A stretch of 60,257 nt of DNA, from NCBI GenBank assembly GCA_037380725.1, contig JARRRL010000023.1:1-60257 (forward strand). Reading direction: 5' to 3'. Both the position numbers and the translations under genes were made by a program. The first letter of the stretch is position 1; every line of letters starts with the position of its first letter. Shown here in pieces: positions 30,398-39,309 of the stretch. This DNA comes from Gammaproteobacteria bacterium. GTDB lineage: Bacteria > Pseudomonadota > Gammaproteobacteria > Pseudomonadales > JANQJO01. The notes under the pieces were generated by a model that worked only from the letters and a program-made list of their open reading frames with translations, searched no databases and was not told the DNA's origin.

Positions 30398-31360
30398 TCA
30401 TTCTTCCGGCAAGGACTGCAGCAGCGCATCGTACGCGGAAATATACGCATCCACCGAAACGGGGCTTGGGTGGGGAATTGGGGGGGCTTTCAGTGATTTA
30501 TTGTGATCCACCGCTTGCGCCCATTTATCGTCCGTCAGTGACATTAATCCGATCGTTCCAGCCAGTCCAAAAGCCAGCATCACGCCAATAACAAACGTAT
30601 GCCGCAAACTGGAGGCAAAACTGAGATGGAAGCCAAGCGTTAAACCAAAAATTAAGACAAACAGCACAAAATCAATCACCACCGCCAACCCTTCCAGGTT
30701 GGTCATAAACATCACATAATCATAGACACCCCAAAACAGAAGGCTCGCCGTAGCACCCACGCACGCAAAAACCACGTGCGCCATAAACAAAGGTTGCCCC
30801 CTCAATAGGCGCCCAATAAACGCCCAAACTGCCGCCCATACCACAACCATTCCTGGTATAAAAATGGATTGTAGTGCGTCATCATGCCACGTGAACGTTT
30901 CGTAAGTGGTCAAACTCTGATCCATCAAAGCCACGGCAAACAAAACCAATATGGCGCATAGGGCAGCCCAAGTACGAATACCATGCCGCATGAACCAATG
31001 ATTCAGCACAAATGAATCCGCTTCGCGCACAGGGTGCATCGGGCTATAAACCGTCAATGTCGTTCGACCCACTGTAAACCGATCGCCCGATCGAAGCCAA
31101 CAGGAAAAACCATCCAACACACTGCCATTAATCAGAACGGGATTCGTCTGATCCAGCACCTGTAAGTGACAGAGCGCCCCCTCCGGCACGGAGGCTTCAA
31201 CAGTCGGCGGACACAAGCGGACTTGCTCCGCATCCACAAAACGATCCGGAATAATATAATCGCAATGAAAACCACGCCCCAATAACATACCCCGGTTCGC
31301 GTCCTCGCCCCAAATAATTGGATAAGAAAAACGCCCCCGCTGCACAATTATTTTTCCCAT
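30398..31360 (-). CDS. FHA-domain membrane protein
   Basis: The N-terminal about 105 aa are FHA-like (LLGRGFHCDYIIPDRFVDAEQVRL...VLINGSVL...GDRFTVGRTTLTV), followed by about 5 TM helices. Confidence 0.7.
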   Translation of the reverse strand: MGKIIVQRGRFSYPIIWGEDANRGMLLGRGFHCDYIIPDRFVDAEQVRLCPPTVEASVPEGALCHLQVLDQTNPVLINGSVLDGFSCWLRSGDRFTVGRTTLTVYSPMHPVREADSFVLNHWFMRHGIRTWAALCAILVLFAVALMDQSLTTYETFTWHDDALQSIFIPGMVVVWAAVWAFIGRLLRGQPLFMAHVVFACVGATASLLFWGVYDYVMFMTNLEGLAVVIDFVLFVLIFGLTLGFHLSFASSLRHTFVIGVMLAFGLAGTIGLMSLTDDKWAQAVDHNKSLKAPPIPHPSPVSVDAYISAYDALLQSLPEE

Positions 31361-32736
31361 CGCACTTGCTCCAAGAAACGACGATGCAAGGCTTGCATTT
31401 GGTCACGACCAATCCCCGCAACACTGACGCTCATCCGGGTTGAAGACAGCGGCAAATCAATACGCTGCGCAACCAATTCCGCATCGTACAGACCCGGAAT
31501 GCGTTTGTACTGCCGAACACAAGTGCTCACACGCCACGTCATCACTTCAACCTGTACGTAATCATCCAAACAGGCGCCGGGCGTCACTTCCGTTTCATCC
31601 GCATACTGAAACCCGCTGACGCTGAAATTTTCAGCCAGTAAATTATAAAATTGGAATCGATTCAGGCCATCAGCAGTAATCGAGCCTAGGTCATAACTGA
31701 AATGCCCCACGGAAAGCGTGTCATTCAGATAAATCATATCTTGGGTTTGACAATGACGATGTACTTCATCAAACAAAGACTTGCCTTTCTCGATCGTATG
31801 TCCCCAACATTTTATCGAGTCGTTCAAGGCATCTGGATAACGATAACCACCCAGCAAATGAACGGGCCACGAGGCCGATAGCACCTTATCATAATACGCC
31901 GCCAAATGTGTTTTAACGGCCATGGCCATGTGCGACTGGTACTGACTGGGTTCCAAGGCCTTCTCACTGGCAAGCAAGGCCACAATATGATGGGCAGGTA
32001 CTAAAAAACTGATCTGCTCTTCACCCTTCGCCACATTAATACCAATGACCTCACCTTCCGCATTCAGTGCGGGTCCACCACTCATGCCGCTGTTGAGTGA
32101 GCCGGAAAACAAGTACTGGTCATAGCGCGCGCCATCCACCAATCCATTATGCGTACCTTCTATAATCGTCATGGCTAAGTCAAAGGGATTACCCAAAGAA
32201 TAAACGCGATCCCCTTTACGCGGCAGCGCTTGGGCCAACACGAAAGCACGTACAGCAATGGGACGATCCAAAGCCAGTATGGCCAAATCATGAATCACAT
32301 CAAAATTGACCACGCGAGCGGCGATCGCCCCTTTACGTTGATCCAATACCCGGATTTGAAACTCATCGGGATTTTCCACATAAGCCGATACCACGTGATA
32401 ATTGGTGACGATCACATTGTCCCGATTATGATCATGGTCTTGATTGGAACCCTCTTGAATGGAACCCGACTGGAGCAATGGCGCCGTATTCAATAAAAAC
32501 CCCGACCCAATACTGGATTTACTGCTGGAACCATTATCAATAACTTGAACTTGATACACCGAGCTGCGATACGTATCGAAAAGTCGCGTGGCCATACTCG
32601 ATGCCTCCAGTGCCGCACAGGGCAGACTCACCAGTAGCGCCATCAGCAAGCATTCTACGCAACACACAAGCAGCACGCCTCGGCGCAACTTGCTCCAACA
32701 GGTTGAATGGAATAAAAACGTAATAAATGTTGACAT
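31348..32736 (-). CDS. trypsin-like (S1/S1C-type) serine protease with N-terminal signal/anchor
   Basis: VIVTNYHVV (His), DLAILAL (Asp) and NSGMSGGPALNAEGEVIGINV (Ser) form the catalytic triad context. Overlaps the FHA gene start by 13 nt. Confidence 0.8.
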   Translation of the reverse strand: MSTFITFLFHSTCWSKLRRGVLLVCCVECLLMALLVSLPCAALEASSMATRLFDTYRSSVYQVQVIDNGSSSKSSIGSGFLLNTAPLLQSGSIQEGSNQDHDHNRDNVIVTNYHVVSAYVENPDEFQIRVLDQRKGAIAARVVNFDVIHDLAILALDRPIAVRAFVLAQALPRKGDRVYSLGNPFDLAMTIIEGTHNGLVDGARYDQYLFSGSLNSGMSGGPALNAEGEVIGINVAKGEEQISFLVPAHHIVALLASEKALEPSQYQSHMAMAVKTHLAAYYDKVLSASWPVHLLGGYRYPDALNDSIKCWGHTIEKGKSLFDEVHRHCQTQDMIYLNDTLSVGHFSYDLGSITADGLNRFQFYNLLAENFSVSGFQYADETEVTPGACLDDYVQVEVMTWRVSTCVRQYKRIPGLYDAELVAQRIDLPLSSTRMSVSVAGIGRDQMQALHRRFLEQVRWEK

Positions 32737-32958
32737 TTGTTTTAAATATGCTCAAAAGTTATAACATACAACAGCAATGCGAGCGACAGTTTACGTCACC
32801 GTTAATGACTTTGCGAGCCATGTTATGAGCCATGCCAGCGACTTCATTTCCATCCGCATGACAGTTAAGCTACACGCTCGGATCAACAGCAACACGAACC
32901 GAGTCCAAAATACCTTGGCTCACAACACGATCTTGACTCACAAACGGCACACTCAAAC

Positions 32959-33666
32959 ATGCTTGATACCCACCGCCCCCGAAACGCGCTGCAATATTAC
33001 CTACACCGTACGCCCAAACCACTGGAAATCCTCTGCATTGACCCCTGGTTCATCGCGGTCAATAAACCGTTCGACGAATTATCCGTGCCCGGTAAGCCAC
33101 CCCTGAATCACAACACCACTCAACAACGCGTTGCAGCTCATATTGGCGCAGCGGAAGTGATTCATCGCCTGGACGGTGCCACCTCCGGCGTGTTGTTGTT
33201 TGCGCGAAATAAATGGTTTCAACGCGAGATGAACACCTATTTTCGACAGCGCTGGATTAAAAAAACATATTGTGCCTTAGTTTCGGGTATTCTGCAGTAC
33301 AACCAAGGCAGCATCGACATACCACTGGGACGCGACTGGCCGAATCGACCAAAACAAAAAGTAGATTGGGAGGGCAAAGCGTCCCTCACACATTGGCAAC
33401 GCGTGGGACCGCCTGTTGAAATGAAAGGCCATTATTACAGCCGCGTGCTGCTCAGGCCCATTACCGGACGCACGCATCAATTGCGCTTGCATCTGTGCAA
33501 TCTGGGTCACCCTATATTGGGCGATCGCATGTATCATCCTCAAGGTGAAGCCAGCTCGACGCCGTTTGGCTTAGCCCCACGCTTGTACTTACACGCTCAA
33601 TGCCTTGAATTTTCACATCCCGTTACGGGTGTACCGTGCCGCATTTTCGCCGCACCCGCCTTTTAA
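32959..33666 (+). CDS. RluA-family pseudouridine synthase
   Basis: HRLDGATSGVLLFARNK (catalytic Asp motif) and ITGRTHQLRLH. Confidence 0.85.
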   Translation: MLDTHRPRNALQYYLHRTPKPLEILCIDPWFIAVNKPFDELSVPGKPPLNHNTTQQRVAAHIGAAEVIHRLDGATSGVLLFARNKWFQREMNTYFRQRWIKKTYCALVSGILQYNQGSIDIPLGRDWPNRPKQKVDWEGKASLTHWQRVGPPVEMKGHYYSRVLLRPITGRTHQLRLHLCNLGHPILGDRMYHPQGEASSTPFGLAPRLYLHAQCLEFSHPVTGVPCRIFAAPAF

Positions 33667-33711
33667 CACCCTTATTTTACACTCTTAATTTTAAAATGGA
33701 GAGACACACAC

Positions 33712-34659
33712 ATGGCGGGAGCAAGCCTACTCACCTTACTCGACGACATCGGCACCCTCTTAGATGACGTCGCCACCATGACGAAAGTAGCCGCCCAGAA
33801 AACCACTGGCGTATTAGGTGATGATTTAGCACTCAACGCAGAACAAGTATCCGGTGTTCGCGCGGAACGCGAACTGCCTGTGGTGTGGGCCGTCGCAAAA
33901 GGTTCAGCAAAAAACAAACTGATCTTGGCACCAACGGCCCTGGTGCTCAGCGCCACATTACCCGGACTCATCACGCCACTGTTAATGCTCGGGGGCGCCT
34001 ATCTGTGTTACGAAGGCTTTGAAAAAATTTACCATAAGCATGGCCATTCAAAAGACAATACAGAAGAAAAAGAAAAATTGCTTCAGGCCCTTCACACACC
34101 CTCGATCGATATGGTGGAATTTGAAAAAAGCAAAATTAAGGGTGCAACCCGAACGGACTTCATTCTTTCAGCAGAAATCGTCATCATCGCGCTCGGTTCC
34201 GTCAGTCACCTTCCGGTGCTAACGCAAATACTGGTGATCGCGCTCATCTCGATCATCATGACCGTAGGCGTCTATGGTTTTGTCGCCGCCATCGTTAAAC
34301 TGGATGATGCGGGATTGTATTTATTGCAGCGCGCGCCAACTGTCACGTGGGGTAACGGCTACCGTTTTGCCGGCCAGGCCCTGCTGAGTGTTGCGCCTCG
34401 TTTGATGAAGTGGCTGACGGTTGTGGGCACCATCGCCATGTTCCTCGTGGGTGGCGGCATCATCGCGCATGGTTGCCATGCGATCATACAGTGGACACAC
34501 GCCATCACTCACAGCGCCGCCCACATCCAACCTCTCGCCAGCACACTGCAACTGATATTAACCAGCACCATTCACGTGGGAATCGGCCTAATCGTAGGCC
34601 TGTTAACGTGGCTCAGTGTGCAAGCCTTTCTTCACTTGTTTCGCCGGCTTAAACCATAA
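33712..34659 (+). CDS. DUF808 (YedI-like) inner-membrane protein
   Basis: MAGASLLTLLDDIGTLLDDVATMTKVAAQKTTGVLGDDLALNAEQ is the characteristic DUF808 N-terminus. C-terminal half is polytopic. Confidence 0.85.
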   Translation: MAGASLLTLLDDIGTLLDDVATMTKVAAQKTTGVLGDDLALNAEQVSGVRAERELPVVWAVAKGSAKNKLILAPTALVLSATLPGLITPLLMLGGAYLCYEGFEKIYHKHGHSKDNTEEKEKLLQALHTPSIDMVEFEKSKIKGATRTDFILSAEIVIIALGSVSHLPVLTQILVIALISIIMTVGVYGFVAAIVKLDDAGLYLLQRAPTVTWGNGYRFAGQALLSVAPRLMKWLTVVGTIAMFLVGGGIIAHGCHAIIQWTHAITHSAAHIQPLASTLQLILTSTIHVGIGLIVGLLTWLSVQAFLHLFRRLKP

Positions 34660-34674
34660 ATTCAGAGGCCGCTA

Positions 34675-37284
34675 TCACATCAACGGCAACGCCGGTACAA
34701 CACGCGATCGATGACCCAGCCATTTTCGAAATTGAGACATCGGCATGGGTCTCGCAAAATAAAAGCCTTGAACTCGATTGCAACCCAGCTCCATCAACAG
34801 TTCAAACGTTTTCAGATTCTCGACGCCCTCAGCCACCGTCTCAATTTGCAGCGCTCGCGCCAATTTTACCGTATTTTCAACAATCTGATAATCACTCACA
34901 CTGCGATCCGTTTGGCTCACAAAACTGCGATCAATTTTCAATTCATTCACAGGCAACTGACTCAAATACGCCAGCGAGGAATACCCCGTCCCATAATCAT
35001 CCAATGAAATGCAACAACCAACCGCTCCCAACTGATCCAGGGTTTTGATGACCTTATCCATGTTCTCACTACTGCACGTTTCCGTCACTTCGAAAACCAC
35101 ATGGGATAAATCAATGCTGTGCTGCTCCGCCTTCGCCAACACATACTCCACGAAATTCGATTCCGTTAAATTTTGTGTAGAGAGATTAATGCTTAATTTA
35201 ATGGGTGGCTCCCCATCGTTCATCTCTTTCAACATCGAGAAAGCTTCGTCGACCAGATATCGCGTAATGTACGACATCATGCCCGCTTCTTCAGCCACCT
35301 CAATAAATTCAACCGGAGACACCAAACCAAATTGATCACTGTTCCAGCGTAACAGCACTTCCGCACCGGTCATGAACTGCGTGAGGCAGTCGAACTGTGG
35401 CTGGAAATATAAGATTAATTTTTTATCTTTCACCGCTTGAGAAAGCGCGCCCACTAAGGCTAAGCGCCGACGAACGAACGCATCAATTTCGGTGCTGTAC
35501 ACCGTCATCCTTTCCGATAAGCGCTGACCATAATCCCACGCCGCGCTCGCGTGTTGCAAAAGTAAATCAGCTCGATCACCGTGCCTGGGGTACATCGACA
35601 CACCACAACACACATCCAATTGAACCGAAACATCCCCTAAGCGCAACGCCGAATCGTACAAACGAATCAAATATTTTACATATTCTCTAATGACGCTTTC
35701 ATGGCCACTCGCCTTACAGACCACCACGACGCTACCAAACTCTTGTACCGAAACAAAACTGTTGGTGGACGGCTCCACCAAAAAAGCCCAATCGTTGTCT
35801 CGTAATTTTTCTTCCAATGTCACGATCACGGACACAAAGACTTCTTCCGCTAAGCGCCTGCCCATGGAAGCCGCGATTTGCTTGATCTGGGGAAAATTCA
35901 TTAAAATAAGCGCGAAGGTATTCACACCGTTCGCGCTCACGATCAACTCACTCACCATCTGACTCAATAAGTACTCATTGGGTTTGCGGCTCACCGGATC
36001 GTGCAAGGCCTGCTGCAAGGCCTGATCCTGCATCTTCACAATCATGCGCTGCGCGGACTCAATTTTTTTCATGGCAGCGAGTTTCTGACGTCGTTCTTCT
36101 TTAAAACGATGCGCCAGCGCAAACGAAAACAGCAGCGCTTCTAGAACGGAACCGGCTTGAATCGAATGATTGGTGATTTTTGAAGAAGGCAGCGCGCCAA
36201 ACACATTCGCAATATACAAAAAAGAACCCACGCCAAAACTGGCGGTGGCCAGTACAAAATAACGCGCCACCACTTGGCCTTTGAGCCATGAGGTCATGCC
36301 CGCAAACAGGATTAAAAAAACCGCTAAGGCCCCCACCCAGCCCGCCGTAAAAGCGCCGCGCTCAGGAAAGAAAAATACGTAGGCACTGGCGACGACAATG
36401 AGCCCAGCGAGCACTTGCATACTCACTCTGATCCACGGCGTAATGTTTTCCGGTTTCAAAAAACTAATGCAAAAACACAGCAACCAAAAAGAAACCAAAT
36501 AAGCGGAAATCGGCAGCGCGGACAGGGTCACCTCCGGATCACGCCACACGTAGCGGTTCCCAAAACCCGATATCGTCAACATCAACATCATGACGGATAT
36601 CAAGGTAAAAACATAGTAAATGTACGTGGGATCACGCAGCGAAATGAACAAGAAATTGTTATACAAAATCAACGCCAACATCAATCCAAAATACAAGCCC
36701 CACAGCAACGTTTCTACATTTTGTTGAATAATTAAATAATCTCGATTCCAAATTTCCAACGGTAATTGTAAGGACGTGTTGGAACTCGCTTTGATGTAAA
36801 CAAAAGCACCCGGCTCAATGGCATCGGGTAACGAAAAATTCGTTTGATAAGAAAACAGCGTTTTGTGATCCCGGCGAGCCGTCCGCAGGGACTCATGCCA
36901 CAGCACACGCTGATCCGCCGATAACACGTAGACATCCGCGTACTGCAACAGCGGATAGGGAATCACCAAATGCCACGATTGATTTGCATCCAAATCAAAA
37001 GCAAGCGGAAATCGCACCCAAATCGGATGATCAACAAAACCAAAATTGAGCACCTCACCGGTGGAGTTTGGCGTCCAAGACTCCTCGTGCACCACACTGT
37101 CAATGGTTTCAGGCTGACCGAACTCTTCGTGATAACTCAAAAACTCGTTGACGTCATAGTACGTGTATTCCTGATTTTGATCCCCCCAACGCACAAGCTC
37201 CGCCGCCGCAACCGCAATAGAGCATTGCATAACGCCGACGATGATCATCGCCCAAAGACAACTTTTTATTCCGATCAAGCTCAT
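34675..37284 (-). CDS. 7TMR-DISM sensor with degenerate GGDEF and EAL domains
   Basis: Signal peptide plus periplasmic domain, 7 TM block, GGDEF-like domain lacking the GG(D/E)EF signature (VQEFGS), then EAL domain motifs EVLLRW, EVTET, SLDDYGTGYSS, ELKIDRSF, VAEGVE, QGFYFARP. Start at MSLIGIK (37284); the ORF extends to 37332. Confidence 0.85.
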   Translation of the reverse strand: MSLIGIKSCLWAMIIVGVMQCSIAVAAAELVRWGDQNQEYTYYDVNEFLSYHEEFGQPETIDSVVHEESWTPNSTGEVLNFGFVDHPIWVRFPLAFDLDANQSWHLVIPYPLLQYADVYVLSADQRVLWHESLRTARRDHKTLFSYQTNFSLPDAIEPGAFVYIKASSNTSLQLPLEIWNRDYLIIQQNVETLLWGLYFGLMLALILYNNFLFISLRDPTYIYYVFTLISVMMLMLTISGFGNRYVWRDPEVTLSALPISAYLVSFWLLCFCISFLKPENITPWIRVSMQVLAGLIVVASAYVFFFPERGAFTAGWVGALAVFLILFAGMTSWLKGQVVARYFVLATASFGVGSFLYIANVFGALPSSKITNHSIQAGSVLEALLFSFALAHRFKEERRQKLAAMKKIESAQRMIVKMQDQALQQALHDPVSRKPNEYLLSQMVSELIVSANGVNTFALILMNFPQIKQIAASMGRRLAEEVFVSVIVTLEEKLRDNDWAFLVEPSTNSFVSVQEFGSVVVVCKASGHESVIREYVKYLIRLYDSALRLGDVSVQLDVCCGVSMYPRHGDRADLLLQHASAAWDYGQRLSERMTVYSTEIDAFVRRRLALVGALSQAVKDKKLILYFQPQFDCLTQFMTGAEVLLRWNSDQFGLVSPVEFIEVAEEAGMMSYITRYLVDEAFSMLKEMNDGEPPIKLSINLSTQNLTESNFVEYVLAKAEQHSIDLSHVVFEVTETCSSENMDKVIKTLDQLGAVGCCISLDDYGTGYSSLAYLSQLPVNELKIDRSFVSQTDRSVSDYQIVENTVKLARALQIETVAEGVENLKTFELLMELGCNRVQGFYFARPMPMSQFRKWLGHRSRVVPALPLM

Positions 37285-37419
37285 GACTAGCGTGTTTTTC
37301 AAAATGGAGCACCACTTATGTTGGCGAACCAAAAACTGTTAAAATGGTATTTAAATATAAGTAAAAGTGCGATCTATATCGTGTATCCACCACACGATGG
37401 AGACCACACACTCGATGCA

Positions 37420-37458
37420 CTGCGGGTATAAACTACGGGTATAAACTGCGGCTATAAT
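37420..37458. repeat. tandem repeat, 3 x 13 bp, followed by a 7-bp-stem hairpin (37460-37477)
   Basis: ctgcgggtataaa / ctacgggtataaa / ctgcggctataat, then tgtcatg-cccc-catgaca. Confidence 0.9.
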
Positions 37459-37836
37459 TTGTCATGCCCCCATGACATCACCTTGAACCACCTGATCACA
37501 ATAATCTTAATTCGCACAGGGTGCAATCCAGATTAACCACCGTACACAAAAACAAGCCCAAAAAGGCTCAAACCCCTTCGCCGCCAAGCGGGTCTCGCCA
37601 ATTTCATTAACCACAGATCGATATAGTAGATCCCGTTTTCCAATTTCGGAGCGGTGTTCAATCTGTCTCGCTCACGCCTAAGAAAAAGCTTAATTTCATG
37701 TAAGTTATACATCAAACCCACAAGATGAGCTATTATTATAAACGCATCCAATATCAGCGTACCAACTCACTTATTCAGTTCTCGAACAGAGTCAGCGCGT
37801 GAACGTGATTTCACAGCTCCTCAACCGATCACGCTC

Positions 37837-37877
37837 GTCGTAAAGCCCTGTCGTAAAGCCCTGTCGTATGACAGGGC
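37837..37877. repeat. tandem repeat, 13 bp x 2.5, whose last unit forms an 8-bp-stem hairpin, 50 nt upstream of the PilZ gene
   Basis: gtcgtaaagccct / gtcgtaaagccct / gtcgta. Hairpin gccctgtc-gtat-gacagggc at 37858-37877. Confidence 0.9.
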
Positions 37878-37927
37878 GGCGCGCACAAGACTCAACATTT
37901 TAAGTACAGTAATCAACTACAGTAAGG

Positions 37928-39268
37928 GTGGAATCAACAATGGGGCTGTTACACGGAGAATACCGCCGACACAACAGAACAGATATACGCACTTCTGTAT
38001 CTTTAGGATTACCCGGCAACCAATTAAACACCAAAACGTTAGATATTTCTGAAAGCGGCATTGCCCTCAACAAGCCTGCTCGACTCAACATGACGATTGG
38101 ACAATCCGTAAGCATTAGCTTTCCTAAAATGCCGTTTTTCAAAATATCCGCCAAAATTGTGCGCACATCGGATGACAATATTGGCCTGGAACTGAATCAA
38201 TTGCGCTTAAGCCAAATCGACATCGACGGCATTGTGCATACGGCGCCGTGGTATGAACGACTGCGTTACTACAGTAAGCGCACGATATGGAAAACGTTTC
38301 GCCGAGTCGGCATCTTTCTGGCCAATACCGCTCTGCGTCGCCCCTTGCTGAGCATCATCAAACCCACCTTCATTTTCGCGGCCTACGGTACCGAGAAAGA
38401 CATTGGCACCTATTTAACGCCGCGTATGTCAAAGATGATTCCACCGCTTTTATTGGCGGGATTCATTAAAAACCGAGGACACAAAGGCATTCTGGTTGCG
38501 CCAAAATTTTTCGAACACGAACTCGCGCACGATTCCAATGCGGTTAACCAATACCTTAAGCAGCTGGAAAATGAATTCCCTCACGTTAAAACCATCGCAC
38601 TGGTGGGCCGTTTACCCAATTTTGTAATGAAAGCCGGTCACCGCATCGCTCCGCCGTACGTGGATGGATCCATGGGAACGCGTTACATGATTTGGGATAT
38701 CAGTCAACAGATGCACGCCTTACCGCAATACAAAAATGAAACATCCATCGGCGTTCTGGGTGGCGCTGGGCGCATCGGCAGCCTGGTCTGCAATGATTTA
38801 GTCGGTGAATACACCACGGTTATTGCGTTCGACACCCGCTACGAAAAAGATGAAATCATCTCTGTTTCGAATTGCACCATTTTGCGTACCCGCGATCCAA
38901 AGCATTTGATGAACACCAAACTGTACATTTCATTGACGCATCATGGCAATGCCATCACCGATTTTATGTGTCACCTCCCGGCGGGTGCCTTACTGGCTGA
39001 TGACACGCACCCCTGCATCAGTTTCTCTGTGCGCAATCAACTGGAAAATCTCAATATCGAAGTCAAAAAAATTGTTCTGTTCCACCCAGATTTTTTAATG
39101 TGGCCCCGCATGCCAGCGTGGAGTAATCGCGCCATCCCCGGCTGCCTGGTGGAAGCGCTTGTCCTACTGGATCAAACGGAGGGCGACCCCATCACATTCG
39201 ACAGTTTTTGCACACAAGCCAAACGCATTGGTTTTCAAGGGCAATTGCTGAAGCCGCTCAATGAATAG
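37928..39268 (+). CDS. PilZ domain fused to a Rossmann-type NAD(P)-binding enzyme domain (acyl-ACP-reductase-like guess)
   Basis: N-terminus has both PilZ c-di-GMP motifs (RRHNR and DISESGIAL). The remaining about 340 aa have a GxGxxG loop (VLGGAGRIGSLVCNDL). Collinear resemblances to cyanobacterial acyl-ACP reductase, from memory only: IALVGRL / YVDGSMGTRY / CLVEALVLL. Confidence 0.65.
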   Translation: MESTMGLLHGEYRRHNRTDIRTSVSLGLPGNQLNTKTLDISESGIALNKPARLNMTIGQSVSISFPKMPFFKISAKIVRTSDDNIGLELNQLRLSQIDIDGIVHTAPWYERLRYYSKRTIWKTFRRVGIFLANTALRRPLLSIIKPTFIFAAYGTEKDIGTYLTPRMSKMIPPLLLAGFIKNRGHKGILVAPKFFEHELAHDSNAVNQYLKQLENEFPHVKTIALVGRLPNFVMKAGHRIAPPYVDGSMGTRYMIWDISQQMHALPQYKNETSIGVLGGAGRIGSLVCNDLVGEYTTVIAFDTRYEKDEIISVSNCTILRTRDPKHLMNTKLYISLTHHGNAITDFMCHLPAGALLADDTHPCISFSVRNQLENLNIEVKKIVLFHPDFLMWPRMPAWSNRAIPGCLVEALVLLDQTEGDPITFDSFCTQAKRIGFQGQLLKPLNE

Positions 39269-39309
39269 TTTATGCCATCACGCACACCCTGTCGCACCAC
39301 ACGCACGGA

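Noticed and set aside
37533-37751. 72-aa minus-strand ORF in the divergent intergenic region between the EAL sensor and the PilZ gene.
   Set aside because: No convincing RBS or motif, and the local sequence is AT-rich and repeat-bearing. It could be a small protein, but I cannot support it.
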